Positions 39,881-49,687 of a DNA stretch of 64,000 bases are shown here, in pieces. The notes below the pieces were generated by a model. That model did no database searches. It saw nothing but the letters and a program-made list of their open reading frames with translations, and was not told the origin of the DNA. Source of the DNA: Myxococcota bacterium (GTDB taxonomy: Bacteria; Myxococcota_A; Polyangia; Polyangiales; Sandaracinaceae); assembly GCA_036149055.1 (NCBI GenBank), contig JAYZQJ010000182.1, positions 1 to 64,000 of the forward strand, given 5' to 3'. Position 1 is the first letter of the stretch. Each line of letters opens with the position of its first letter. The translations under genes and the position numbers were made by a program.

Positions 39881-40414
39881 ATGGATCGCGTGGCCGTCGT
39901 CGACCGGGACAACCGCTTCCTCCGCTGGACCGACCGCGCGGAGATCCACGCTCGCCGGCTCCCCCACCGGAGCGTGCAGGTGATGATCTTCGACCCCGCC
40001 GGCCGGCTCGTGCTCCAGCGCCGCCACGCCGAGAAGCGCACCTACCCCGGCTTCTGGGACCTCTCGGCCTCGGGGCACGTCGAGGAGCCCGACTACCCAG
40101 ACCCGGCCCGCCCGGACGCGGACCTCGACGCCGTCTACGACGCGGTCGCGGCCCGGGAGCTCGAAGAGGAGCTGGGCGTGCGGTGCCCGCTGACCCGCCT
40201 CGGCGCCTTCGGGCCCGAGCCCGAGGTCCACTACGAGCACCTCGTGCTCTACCGCGGCGAGTCGGACGGCCCCTTCACGCCCCAGCCGACCGAGGTCGCG
40301 GAGGTGGAGCGCTTCTCGCCCGCCGACTTCGACGCGCTGGTGGCCTCGGGCGTCCCGGTGACGCCGTCGCTCCGATGGTTCGTGTCCTGGTCCCGGGAGC
40401 GCTCCATCTGGTGA
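39881..40414 (+). CDS. NUDIX hydrolase (IDI type-1-like subfamily)
   Basis: HRSVQVMIF, LVLQRR, PGFWD, SGHV, ARELEEELG. Confidence 0.85.
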   Translation: MDRVAVVDRDNRFLRWTDRAEIHARRLPHRSVQVMIFDPAGRLVLQRRHAEKRTYPGFWDLSASGHVEEPDYPDPARPDADLDAVYDAVAARELEEELGVRCPLTRLGAFGPEPEVHYEHLVLYRGESDGPFTPQPTEVAEVERFSPADFDALVASGVPVTPSLRWFVSWSRERSIW

Positions 40415-40430
40415 TACGCTCGCGCCGACG

Positions 40431-41672
40431 ATGAGCGGTCCGACCGAGGAAGAGAAGACCGACCCTCACATCGCCGTCCCCGCGGACGACGACGGTGAGG
40501 ACGCGACCATCGAGGGCACGATGGAGGTGCTGCTGCCCGAGCTGCGCAAGGCCGGCATCGAGGTCCCGGCCTCGTCGAAGCCGCCGGCCGCGCCGCCTCC
40601 GCGCTCGATGCCCGCGTCGAGGCCCCTGCCGCCGCCCTCGCGCCCGCCCTCGAGCCAGTCGCTCCCCGGCCGCCCCCCCGCGAGCCAGCCCCTGCCGTCG
40701 CGCCCTGCGTCCCGGCCGCCGACGTCCCCGCCGGCGCGCATGCCGAAGCCGAGCGATCCGCCGCCGGTCCGGCGCGATCCGAGCGCCCGGCCGCCGCAGC
40801 GGCAGCGCCTCGCCCAGATGGACACCCAGCTCGACCAGGCGCGCAGCGCCGTCGCCCGGCAGCGCCACGAGCTCGACGAGCTCCGCACGCGCCTCGAGGC
40901 GAAGGAGGAGCGGCTCGACGCGCTCCTCTCCGAGCTCGCGGCGAAGGGCGCCGCCTCGCCGGACGGAGTCGAGTCCCAGCTGCAGGAGATGGAGCGGCGC
41001 CGCGACTCGCTCGCCGAGGAGCTCCGCCGCCGCTTCGCCGAGGCCGACCTGACCCAGGCCGAGCAGACCTCCCGCTTCGCCTCGATCGAGGACCGCCTCG
41101 ACCACATCGAGGAGGGCACCGAGCTGTCCCGGGTGCGCATGCGCCTCGAGCGCGTCGGCCACCAGCTCGGCACCCTCGAGACCCGGGTCGACCAGCTCGC
41201 GATCGATCAGCGCGAGCTCCGCGGCCAGCTCGAGGAGCGCGGCGCGATGAGCGCCCGGGTCGAGCGGCTCGAGTCACTCTTCGAGGAGCTGGCCGAGGAG
41301 CTGCGCCGGGACCGCGACGGCGACGCGATCGACGAGGTCCGCGCTCAGCTCGACGACATGCGCGCGCTGGTGCTCAAGACCGGCGACGACGAGCGCGTCC
41401 TGCGCCAGCGCGTCGAAGCGCAGGACCGCGCGCTCGACGAGATCAAGGGCAGCATCGTCCCGCCGCCCGCCGGCCCTCCGCCCGACGGCGACGACCTCAC
41501 CCGCATCAAGGGCATCGGCCCCAAGTACGCCCGGGCCCTCTACGCCATCGGCGTCACCCGCGTCGCCCAGATCGCCGCGTGGGCCGACGACGACGTGCAC
41601 CGCGCCGCCACCCAGCTCGGCGTCAAGGCCGGCCGCGTCCGCGCCTGGATCCGCGCCGCCGGCGCGCTCTAG
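40431..41672 (+). CDS. Pro-rich/coiled-coil protein with C-terminal helix-hairpin-helix domain
   Basis: Long heptad region; DDLTRIKGIGPK...QIAAW. Confidence 0.75.
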   Translation: MSGPTEEEKTDPHIAVPADDDGEDATIEGTMEVLLPELRKAGIEVPASSKPPAAPPPRSMPASRPLPPPSRPPSSQSLPGRPPASQPLPSRPASRPPTSPPARMPKPSDPPPVRRDPSARPPQRQRLAQMDTQLDQARSAVARQRHELDELRTRLEAKEERLDALLSELAAKGAASPDGVESQLQEMERRRDSLAEELRRRFAEADLTQAEQTSRFASIEDRLDHIEEGTELSRVRMRLERVGHQLGTLETRVDQLAIDQRELRGQLEERGAMSARVERLESLFEELAEELRRDRDGDAIDEVRAQLDDMRALVLKTGDDERVLRQRVEAQDRALDEIKGSIVPPPAGPPPDGDDLTRIKGIGPKYARALYAIGVTRVAQIAAWADDDVHRAATQLGVKAGRVRAWIRAAGAL

Positions 41673-42676
41673 CGAAAGGCGCCGAGGGAGCGGGGCGGCT
41701 GGGCGCAGGCGTCGAGCAGCGCGGCGCCGGCGGTGAAGGCCTCGAGGGAGGGCAGGTCCTCCCAGGTGAGGAGGAGGCGGCGACCGTCCGACTCGAAGGA
41801 GCACGCGCCGACCTCCGAGAGGTGAGGCCGGGCCGCCTCCGGGACGAGCCCACGGGGCAGGCCGTCGCCGCCGGGGAGCTGGCCGTCGAACGGCTCGAGG
41901 TCCTCGCGCTCGAGCTTGCGGGCGGCGCGGAGGATGGCGCCGCCGGTCGCGAGGCGGACGCGCGCGTCCACCCGGCCCGCCTGGGTGGCGATCGCGAGGC
42001 GCGCCGGCGAGGGCTTCTCCCAGCTCCCGGCCACGCCGGTGAAGATGGCGTCGGGGTGCGCGGCGTAGCGCTCGAGCTCGCGCGGACCGTAGGCGGCGAG
42101 CGCGCCGGTGACGTCGAGCATCGCGCTCAGCTTGGTCGGGTCCTTGAGCGCGCCGAAGAGGGTGAGCGTCACGAGCCCGCCGCTCGACTCGATCTTCGCG
42201 TTCCAGAGCCGCGCGACGACGCGATCCATCACCTCGGGGGTGAACGCCTCACGGACGGCGGCCTGGTCCTCGCATTTGACGACCAGCTCCTCGTCGAAGC
42301 GCGCGTGGCCGAGCGAGACGTCGCGCAGGCCGATCATCGCGCCCACGGTGGCGAGCACGCCCTTGGGCGCGACCTTGAAGCTGGGCGCGCCCCGGAGCGA
42401 GAAGCGCGCGCGGGCGCGGGTGTAGGTCTGCGAGCTCTTGCCGGTCGAGACCACGTAGGTGTCGAGGTACACGAGGGCCTGCCCCACCGCGACCTCGATG
42501 CCCGGGTGCTGCTGCTTGAAGAGGCTGACCTTCCCCGGGTGGTAAGTGCCGCCCCGCTCCGCGGCGAGCGCCCGCCAGACCGCCTCGCGGGCCTTCTTCT
42601 CGCGGTGCGCGTACCAGGCGACCCCGCCGGCGATGGCGAGGGCGGCGGGCACCGCGACGAGGGTCACCGGATCCAT
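41669..42676 (-). CDS. Hypothetical membrane-anchored protein
   Basis: N-terminal [19 protein letters not shown]. Confidence 0.7.
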   Translation of the reverse strand: MDPVTLVAVPAALAIAGGVAWYAHREKKAREAVWRALAAERGGTYHPGKVSLFKQQHPGIEVAVGQALVYLDTYVVSTGKSSQTYTRARARFSLRGAPSFKVAPKGVLATVGAMIGLRDVSLGHARFDEELVVKCEDQAAVREAFTPEVMDRVVARLWNAKIESSGGLVTLTLFGALKDPTKLSAMLDVTGALAAYGPRELERYAAHPDAIFTGVAGSWEKPSPARLAIATQAGRVDARVRLATGGAILRAARKLEREDLEPFDGQLPGGDGLPRGLVPEAARPHLSEVGACSFESDGRRLLLTWEDLPSLEAFTAGAALLDACAQPPRSLGAFR

Positions 42677-42720
42677 GCAGGAGAAGCGTAACGCAGGGAC
42701 CGGCCCTACATACGAGAGGC

Positions 42721-43236
42721 ATGCGCGGACTCCACCTCACCCTCCCCGCCCTCCTTCTCCTGGCCGGCTGCAGCGGCGGCCCGAGCGCCTCGGCGCAGGA
42801 GCGCGAGCGGCCGGCCCGCTTCAGCGACCCGCCCCTCGGCGAGACGGTGTCCTACAGCGAGGCGGAGTGGCGCGAGCGGCTCACCCCCGACGAGTTCCAC
42901 ATCCTCCGCGAGGAGGGCACCGAGCGCGCGTTCACCGGCCGCTACCACGACCACCACGGCCACGGCGTCTACCGCTGCGCCGGCTGCGGCGCCCCGCTCT
43001 TCGACAGCGAGGACAAGTTCGACAGCGGCACCGGCTGGCCGAGCTACACCCGCCCGGTGCACCCGCGGCGCGTCCGCGAGGTGACCGATCGCTCGCTGGG
43101 CATGACCCGCACCGAGGTGGAGTGCGCGCGCTGCGGCGGCCACCTCGGGCACGTCTTCCGCGACGGGCCCCGGCCGACCGGGCTGCGCTACTGCATCAAC
43201 AGCGCGTCGCTCGACTTCGAGGCCACCGAGGAGTAG
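42721..43236 (+). CDS. msrB: Peptide methionine-(R)-sulfoxide reductase with lipoprotein signal
   Basis: [43 protein letters not shown]; lipobox LLAGC. Confidence 0.95.
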   Translation: MRGLHLTLPALLLLAGCSGGPSASAQERERPARFSDPPLGETVSYSEAEWRERLTPDEFHILREEGTERAFTGRYHDHHGHGVYRCAGCGAPLFDSEDKFDSGTGWPSYTRPVHPRRVREVTDRSLGMTRTEVECARCGGHLGHVFRDGPRPTGLRYCINSASLDFEATEE

Positions 43237-43246
43237 TCCCCGGCCC

Positions 43247-43633
43247 GTGCACGAGCATCGGGTTCACATCTACTACGAGGACACCGACCACTCCGGGGTC
43301 GTCTACCACGCGAACTACCTGAAGTACTTCGAGCGGGCCCGCGAGCACCTCATCGGCGTGGGCGAGCTGCGCCGCCTGCTCGACGAGGACGGCGTCGGCT
43401 TCGTGGTCTACAAGGCCGAGCTCACCTACCGACAGGGCGCGGTGTTCGGCGACGAGGTGACCATCCGCACCGAGGTCGAGCAGGAGAGCGCGTTCCGCGC
43501 GATCTTCCATCAGAAGGCGCTGCGCGGCGAGGAGCTGCTGGTGGACGCGAAGATCCACCTCGTGTGCGTCGACGCCGACAAGAAGCTCGTGCGGCTCCCG
43601 GGCTCGGCCCTCGCCGCGATCGCTCAGCCCTGA
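43247..43633 (+). CDS. YbgC/4HBT family acyl-CoA thioesterase
   Basis: YYEDTDHSGVVYHANYLKYFERAR. Confidence 0.92.
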   Translation: MHEHRVHIYYEDTDHSGVVYHANYLKYFERAREHLIGVGELRRLLDEDGVGFVVYKAELTYRQGAVFGDEVTIRTEVEQESAFRAIFHQKALRGEELLVDAKIHLVCVDADKKLVRLPGSALAAIAQP

Positions 43634-44127
43634 ATCGACGCGGCGCGCGAGGCCAGCCAGTCGCGGACGGCGAAGCCGGTGCCGAGCGGCCAGGGGCGGA
43701 GCTTCTCGGGGAGGATGCGCTTGAACGCCTCGAGCTCCGCGCCGAGCGTGATCTCGCCCTCCGCGCGCACGTGGTAGGCGATGAGCAGCTCGTTCCGCAT
43801 CGCGAACGGGTAGTGCCCGACGAAGGACTGCACGACCCCGTCGAGCCCGAGCTCCTCCTTCACCTCGCGCAGCACCGCCTCGTCCGGGTGCTCGTCCTTC
43901 TCGAGGAAGCCGGTGACGAGCCCGAAGAACTTCTCCGGCCAGCCGGGCTGGCGGACCAGCACGATCTCGCCGCGGTGCTCGACGATGGCGGCGACGACCG
44001 GGGTCGGGTTGTCGTAGTGGATCCAGCCGCAGGCCGGGCAGACCATCCGCTCCCGGGCCACGCCCTCGTCGTCGACGTCGCGCGCCTCGAGCTTCGTCCC
44101 GCAGCGCATGCAGTGGGGGTTCTTCAT
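43624..44127 (-). CDS. NUDIX hydrolase with N-terminal zinc ribbon
   Basis: CMRCG..CPACG, YDNPTPVV, GFLEKDE...REVKEELG. Confidence 0.9.
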   Translation of the reverse strand: MKNPHCMRCGTKLEARDVDDEGVARERMVCPACGWIHYDNPTPVVAAIVEHRGEIVLVRQPGWPEKFFGLVTGFLEKDEHPDEAVLREVKEELGLDGVVQSFVGHYPFAMRNELLIAYHVRAEGEITLGAELEAFKRILPEKLRPWPLGTGFAVRDWLASRAASIQG

Positions 44128-44212
44128 CGCCGTCCATCGTGGGGCGCCGGCTCGATCGTCGCCACCCGCAACCGCCGCCCGCTCGGCCCGAAGAGGGGCG
44201 CGGGAGGTGAGA

Positions 44213-44833
44213 ATGAACCCGGCCGAGATCGCCCAGCTGCTACGTAGTGAGCCCGTCCGTGCCGTGAGCTTCTCGGTCGGGGGACGACGCTACGGCCCGG
44301 TCCAGTACGGCCGCGTCGCCGATGCGATGGGCGACACGATCCTGGTCGAGACGGTCGACGGCGGCGGTCCGAAGAGCCCCAGCGCCTATTATTCGTTCAC
44401 CGACCCCAACCGCGTCACCCATGACACTCTCTATGTGCGGCGCGGGGCGTCGCTGAACCGGCTCATCATCCAGGCCCTCATCGTCCACGAGAGCACCCAC
44501 GTCATCCAGGACATGTGGGGGCGCAGCATGAACGTGATCGACACCGAGGTCGCCGCGTACACCGCGCAGGCCCTCTACCTCGCGCGCCGGGGCACGACCT
44601 GGGCCGAGGTCAGCGTGCGGGCGCGCATCGAGGACGAGGAGGTTCACCGCTCGCCGCGCAACCCCCGCGTCGACGCGATCATCGAGGCGGCGGATCGGGC
44701 GGCCCAGCGACTGACGGCGGGCCCCCCGTTGCTCCGCCCCACGGAGGAGCAGGCCCTCCGCGCCGCCATCATCGCCCACCCCTACTATGCGCAGCGCACG
44801 GCTCACGTCGCCGACATGGACGGCGTCGGCTGA
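44213..44833 (+). CDS. Hypothetical HExxH metallopeptidase-like protein
   Basis: IVHESTHVIQD followed by TEVAAY; GGAGG RBS before ATG 44213. Confidence 0.65.
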   Translation: MNPAEIAQLLRSEPVRAVSFSVGGRRYGPVQYGRVADAMGDTILVETVDGGGPKSPSAYYSFTDPNRVTHDTLYVRRGASLNRLIIQALIVHESTHVIQDMWGRSMNVIDTEVAAYTAQALYLARRGTTWAEVSVRARIEDEEVHRSPRNPRVDAIIEAADRAAQRLTAGPPLLRPTEEQALRAAIIAHPYYAQRTAHVADMDGVG

Positions 44834-44952
44834 AGGTGCGGCAAATATTGCCGCAGCTTCCGCGCGCGTATGCGCGCGAGATGGGGTGGGAGCCCGAGCC
44901 GGCTTTGCCGGTCGGGCGGGAGGGGGCGCATGCCCCCTCCGGAGACTGAGCG

Positions 44953-47391
44953 CTACGGGCCCACGGCGCGGCCGAGGCTCCCGACCCGGATGCCAGCGGT
45001 GATGCTGACGGCCGCGCCGACGTCCTGGGCGCGCTCGTGCTGGAGGAGCAGCTCCATCCGGAAGGCGAGCGCGAGCGGGCCGGCGAGGTCGTAGGACGCG
45101 TCGAGCGATCCACGGAGCGCGCCGCGGTTGTCGTCTCCGAGGTCCGCGAGGAAGTAGTCGAACGTGAACCCGAGGCGCGCGAAGCGGCTCTCGACCTTGA
45201 TCAGGTCCCAGGGCTGGAGGGTCAGGGTGGCGCCCACACCGGCCTCGACCTCGCGCTCGGAGTCGAAGAGCTGCACCTGGAAGCCGCCGTTGAGCTGGAG
45301 CTGCAGCTTGTCCCGCAGCTGGAAGCGGAAGCCGAGCGTCGGTCGGGTGAGGAACCAGTGGTAGTCCCGGTCGTCCGGCTCGGTGATCTCGGACTCGATG
45401 AAGAGGTCGACCGTCGGATCCGGGACGTACCAGAGCTCGGCGTCGCCCCCGCGCAGGCCCCGCCAGGAGAGCGCCGAGCGCGCGCGGATCTGGTCCGCCG
45501 CCTCGGTGAAGGTCTGCGCCGTCTCGGTCCAGGCCGTCCGGTAGAGGACGCTGCCGGTGTTCTGCCAGGTCCAGTCGGGCGCCGCCGCGTTGGCCGCGAG
45601 GTCGAGGTTGAAGCCGAACGTCATCACGTCCGACTGGGTCAGCTGGGTCGTCGAGTAGGCGCTCGTCGGGTTGCCGTCCGCGTCGACCACCAGCCCGGTC
45701 ATCGGGTCGCAGGTCACCGCCGCGTCGGGCGGCGGGTCGAGCGGATCGAAGGGGCAGTTGCGGCGCGGGTTGTCGATGCTCGAGCCCGAGAAGGTCAGGT
45801 CGGCGTCGGCCCGGAAGATCCACTCGAGCGTCTGGCCCGGATCGTCGACCGCCGCGCGCGGGTCCTCCTCGGTCGGGACCTCGAGGTGCTCGAGCACCAC
45901 GTTGCGCAGGGTCGCCGTCTCCTCGGCGTCCTCGGTGCCGTCGCCGGGGATCGGCACGATCTCCCAGCTCGCGTCGCTCGGGGTCAGCGCCGGCATCAGC
46001 CCGTCGCCGCCCGCGGCGAGGAAGCGGATGGTCACCACCCGATAGCGCGCCCGCCCCTCGGCCGCGTGCCCGCCCACCTTCACCGCGGTGGTGGTCCCGG
46101 CGCCGGTCCAGGTCAGCCCCGGGGTGACGAGGCTCGGGTTCTCCTGGGCGACGCGCGCCAGCCGGGTCAGCCACGCCTGGTTCACGGAGGCCACCTCGAG
46201 CGGCTCGTCGTACTCGATGGCGATGAACACGTCGCTCGCGGTCAGCGCGTCCGGGTGCGCGGGCCGCCAGCGCCCGTCGAGCGCCTGACGGTTGAGGATG
46301 GCCACGTCGGCGCCGGTCCGCTGCCGCATGATGCGCGCGACCAGCTCCAGCATCGCCTCGACGTCGATCTCCTCGTCCGGGTCGATGCGCGCGCCGGCGA
46401 GCGGGCGCCCCCACGCCGCGCAGTAGTCGTCTCCGATCCGATCGATCCAGTCGAGCACCGGCTCGCCGACGGTGATGCCGCGGCCCTCGAGGGGCTGGGC
46501 GAGCATCTCGTAGCCGTCGCGGATCTCGTTGCTCTCCCGGATGCGCACCTCGACCGCGTCCTGGCTCGGGGTGCCCACGAGGACCGGGCGCACGGTGGAC
46601 GGCCGCGCGAAGAGGATGTCGTCGTCGCCCGAGACCAGCAGCAGGTTCGGGCTGTGGCGCTCCCCGGCGAGCTCGGTGGCGAGCGCGACCGGGCCGCCCT
46701 CGATCTGCGCGTCGACGATCGCGATCACCAGCTCGGCGCCCTGCTGGCGCGCGATCCGGGTGAGGCGCTGGAGCGTCTCCTTGGGGTCGTCGAACTGGAC
46801 GCCGCGCGCGCGATCCGGCGCGACGAGGGCGCCGGCGTTCGGGCGCAGCACCGAGAGCACCGCGGTCGGCCGGCCGTTGACGACGTGCATCGAGGGGCCG
46901 TCGCTCGCGTCGACCAGCAGCTCGCAGAGCTCCGCCGCCTCCTCGCCGCAGCGCAGGTTGCTGGCGATCATCGGGATGCCTCGCTCGCGCAGCTCGCCGA
47001 TGACGTTGAGCATGCCCCGGCGCGGGGCCGCGAGGTCGTTGAGGCCGAAGCCGAGCGCGCGGTAGCCGAGGTCCTGCACCATCACCGCGAGCGAGCTCGG
47101 CCGCTGCGCCGCCGCGTAGCGGGCCACCCCGTGCGGGGTCAGCAGCCCGCCCATGTCGACGACCATCGGCTGGTCCGGGTCGCGGGCGGCGCGGCGGAGC
47201 GCGTAGGTGAAGGCGGCGTGGTCGGACGGACGCAGGGCGTCGCCGCGATCGCAGACCGGCCGCGCGAACCGGCCGTCGACGTCGCTCGTCGCGATCACCC
47301 GCGCGATCGTCTGGATGCGCTGGGCGGACGCGGGCGCGGCGACGCAGAGCGCCGCGAGCGCGAGGACGAGCGCCGGGACGAACGCCCGCAC
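44953..47391 (-). CDS. Secreted degenerate 5'-nucleotidase-like protein fused to a C-terminal beta-barrel-like domain
   Basis: Signal peptide; TSDVDG, VDMGG, GLND, IASNL (calcineurin-like fold); GADVAILN and YRVVTIRFLAAGGDG (5'-NT C-domain); alternating beta-strand C-terminal third. Confidence 0.7.
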   Translation of the reverse strand: MRAFVPALVLALAALCVAAPASAQRIQTIARVIATSDVDGRFARPVCDRGDALRPSDHAAFTYALRRAARDPDQPMVVDMGGLLTPHGVARYAAAQRPSSLAVMVQDLGYRALGFGLNDLAAPRRGMLNVIGELRERGIPMIASNLRCGEEAAELCELLVDASDGPSMHVVNGRPTAVLSVLRPNAGALVAPDRARGVQFDDPKETLQRLTRIARQQGAELVIAIVDAQIEGGPVALATELAGERHSPNLLLVSGDDDILFARPSTVRPVLVGTPSQDAVEVRIRESNEIRDGYEMLAQPLEGRGITVGEPVLDWIDRIGDDYCAAWGRPLAGARIDPDEEIDVEAMLELVARIMRQRTGADVAILNRQALDGRWRPAHPDALTASDVFIAIEYDEPLEVASVNQAWLTRLARVAQENPSLVTPGLTWTGAGTTTAVKVGGHAAEGRARYRVVTIRFLAAGGDGLMPALTPSDASWEIVPIPGDGTEDAEETATLRNVVLEHLEVPTEEDPRAAVDDPGQTLEWIFRADADLTFSGSSIDNPRRNCPFDPLDPPPDAAVTCDPMTGLVVDADGNPTSAYSTTQLTQSDVMTFGFNLDLAANAAAPDWTWQNTGSVLYRTAWTETAQTFTEAADQIRARSALSWRGLRGGDAELWYVPDPTVDLFIESEITEPDDRDYHWFLTRPTLGFRFQLRDKLQLQLNGGFQVQLFDSEREVEAGVGATLTLQPWDLIKVESRFARLGFTFDYFLADLGDDNRGALRGSLDASYDLAGPLALAFRMELLLQHERAQDVGAAVSITAGIRVGSLGRAVGP

Positions 47392-47392
47392 G

Positions 47393-48076
47393 TCAGTTCG
47401 AGCGCTGCACCGGCCGGTACGGGTGGATGAAGCTCGCCAGCGACGAGGGGTTGCGGGTGGAGATCCACAGCCGCCCCTGCCCCTGGAAGTTGCAGACCAG
47501 GCCCTCGCCGCTGAAGAAGAGGCTCTTGATGCCTCCGATCTTCTGCACGTTGTATTGCAAGCCGCCGGTGAAGGCGACGACGTGGCTGGTGTCACAGATG
47601 TAGCCGCCGGGTCCGACGTCGACCGCGTGAATGCCGCCATAACACGAGAAGAAGACCGGCCCCGTTCCCTCCGCCTTGAGGAGGAACATGCCGGTCCCGC
47701 TGAAGAACCCCTTCGCGCCGCCCCACTTCGTGTCGAGCTGCACGGTGGGCGCGCTGCAGAGGTAGGCGCCGCTGCTCATCATGATCGGCGTCTGGCCGTC
47801 GAGCTCCAGCACCTCGACGTCCCCCTCCGGCGCGGGCGCGACGTAGAGCGTCTCGCCGGGCGCGCTCGAGGTGAAGGTGTTCTGGAAGAGGCTCTCGCCG
47901 CCCATGAGCTTGCGCTTGGCCGCGGCGAGCATCCCGCCGCGCATGTTCGTCTCCATGCTCATGCCGCTCGAGCGCGCGACCATCGCCGCCGACTCGACCA
48001 CGACCTGCTCGCCGGGCTGATCGAAGGTGAACTTCACCATCGCGAAGTCGGGCTTGTCCTTCATCTCGTAGCGCAT
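47393..48076 (-). CDS. TIGR00266/AIM24 family protein
   Basis: ESAAMV, GGESLFQNTF, FFSGEGLVCNFQGQG. Confidence 0.92.
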   Translation of the reverse strand: MRYEMKDKPDFAMVKFTFDQPGEQVVVESAAMVARSSGMSMETNMRGGMLAAAKRKLMGGESLFQNTFTSSAPGETLYVAPAPEGDVEVLELDGQTPIMMSSGAYLCSAPTVQLDTKWGGAKGFFSGTGMFLLKAEGTGPVFFSCYGGIHAVDVGPGGYICDTSHVVAFTGGLQYNVQKIGGIKSLFFSGEGLVCNFQGQGRLWISTRNPSSLASFIHPYRPVQRSN

Positions 48077-48077
48077 G

Positions 48078-48758
48078 TCAGCCCTTCCTCGGCGGCAGCT
48101 GCGAGCCGACCGACTGCCCGTACTCGCTCGGGTTGCGGGACTGGATCCAGATCCGACCCTGGCCGGTGAAGTGGCAGACCAGCCCCTCGCCCGAGAGCCA
48201 CGAGGCGATCCAGCCCGCGCCGCTCTTGCCGATGGAGTACTGGAGGCTGGCGTCCCACGCGACGAGGTGGCCGGTGTCGATGACCAGGTTGCCGTCGCAG
48301 GTGAGCTCCTCGAGCCCGCCGAAGGCGCCGACCACCACCTGCCCCTGCTGCTGCGAGGTCGCCTGCAGGATGAAGACGCCGGCGCCGCTGAAGAAGCCCT
48401 TGAAGCCGCCGGTCTTGGTCTCGATGGCGACGTCGGGGGTGGAGGCGACGTAGGCGGAGCTCTGGATGTAGTAGCCCTGCGGGGTCAGCGGCAGCACCGC
48501 CATGTCGCCGCAGAGCGCCTGCGCGAGCAGCACCTCGCCCGGCCCGTTCTGGGCGGTGAAGGTGTTGCGGAAGAACGACTCGCCGCCGAACATCCGCTTG
48601 AGCCCGCCCATCAGCCCGCCCTGCGACTGGGTCTGCATCTGGACGTTGGTGCTCATGCCGACCATCGCGCCGGACTCGGCCACGATCGACTCGTTCGCCT
48701 GGAGCGTGACCTTGGCCAGCGAATGCGCGGGCTGGTACCCGATCTCGATGTTGGGCAT
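48078..48758 (-). CDS. TIGR00266/AIM24 family protein
   Basis: AESGAMV, GGESFFRNTF, DTGHLVAW, SGEGLVCHFTGQG. Confidence 0.92.
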   Translation of the reverse strand: MPNIEIGYQPAHSLAKVTLQANESIVAESGAMVGMSTNVQMQTQSQGGLMGGLKRMFGGESFFRNTFTAQNGPGEVLLAQALCGDMAVLPLTPQGYYIQSSAYVASTPDVAIETKTGGFKGFFSGAGVFILQATSQQQGQVVVGAFGGLEELTCDGNLVIDTGHLVAWDASLQYSIGKSGAGWIASWLSGEGLVCHFTGQGRIWIQSRNPSEYGQSVGSQLPPRKG

Positions 48759-48768
48759 CCGTCCCCCC

Positions 48769-49515
48769 TCAGCCCGGCATGATCCGCGTGAGCCAGTCCA
48801 CCAGGGTCGCGGGGTTGCGCGACTGGATGTAGACCCGGCCCTGCCCGTTGAACTCGCACACGAGGCCCTCGCCGGAGGCCATGAAGCCCATGACCCCGCC
48901 GCCGGCGCTCTTGATGTCGAAGCGGAGGTCGCCCTCGAAGCCGACCAGGTGGCCGTTGTCGACGATGTACGGCCCGTTCACGTCGATGGCCTCGATGCCG
49001 CCGTAGCTGTTGAACCAGAGATCGCCGTGGCCGCCGACCTGGAGGAAGAAGGCCCCCTCCTTGGCGAGCAGCGACTTGAGGCCGCCGAATTTCATCTTCA
49101 TGTCGACGTCGCCGACCGAGGCGACGTAGGCGCCGCTCGAGAGGGTGAGCGTCTCGCCGTTCAGCCGGCGATGGGACACCTGGCCGCTCATCGTCGGCGC
49201 CACCCAGACGCTGCCCGGCTGGGGCGCGGTGAAGTGGTTGACGAAGAAGGTCTCGCCGCCGACCAGCTTGCGGATGACGGCGATGAAGAAGGCCTTGATC
49301 ATCGCCCACAGGCCGGCGCCCCGGCCCGCGTTCATCTTGACCTCCATGCCGACGTGCTGGTGGCGGGCCACCATCGAGCCGGCCTCGGCCACCAGGGTCT
49401 GCCCCGGCTGGAGGTCGACCCGCAGCATCGCGAAGGACGGGCCGTGGGTGATCTGGTGCTGGACCCCGCCCGCGGCGGGCTGCCCGGGGCTGGGCTGAGC
49501 GGCTTGCGGTTGCAT
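48769..49515 (-). CDS. TIGR00266/AIM24 family protein
   Basis: AEAGSMV, GGETFFVNHF, DNGHLVGF, SGEGLVCEFNGQG. Confidence 0.92.
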   Translation of the reverse strand: MQPQAAQPSPGQPAAGGVQHQITHGPSFAMLRVDLQPGQTLVAEAGSMVARHQHVGMEVKMNAGRGAGLWAMIKAFFIAVIRKLVGGETFFVNHFTAPQPGSVWVAPTMSGQVSHRRLNGETLTLSSGAYVASVGDVDMKMKFGGLKSLLAKEGAFFLQVGGHGDLWFNSYGGIEAIDVNGPYIVDNGHLVGFEGDLRFDIKSAGGGVMGFMASGEGLVCEFNGQGRVYIQSRNPATLVDWLTRIMPG

Positions 49516-49687
49516 GCGTCCCCCGTTCGTGGGCCCGCTTGTACCGCGCGGCGGCGCGCGTTGGCAATGACCGCAGCCCCGCCCACCGTGCGGGCCCCGG
49601 ATGTGCGGGCGTGGCGAGGTGCCACGGCACGGGCCCCCGCGGGCCCCGGCGAGGGGGCTGGAACGGATCGTGGTCACTACCTCGGTC

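Noticed and set aside
39881..40414. Isopentenyl-diphosphate isomerase (idi)
   Set aside because: SASGH replaces the catalytic-Cys motif of type-1 IDI; kept as a generic NUDIX hydrolase.
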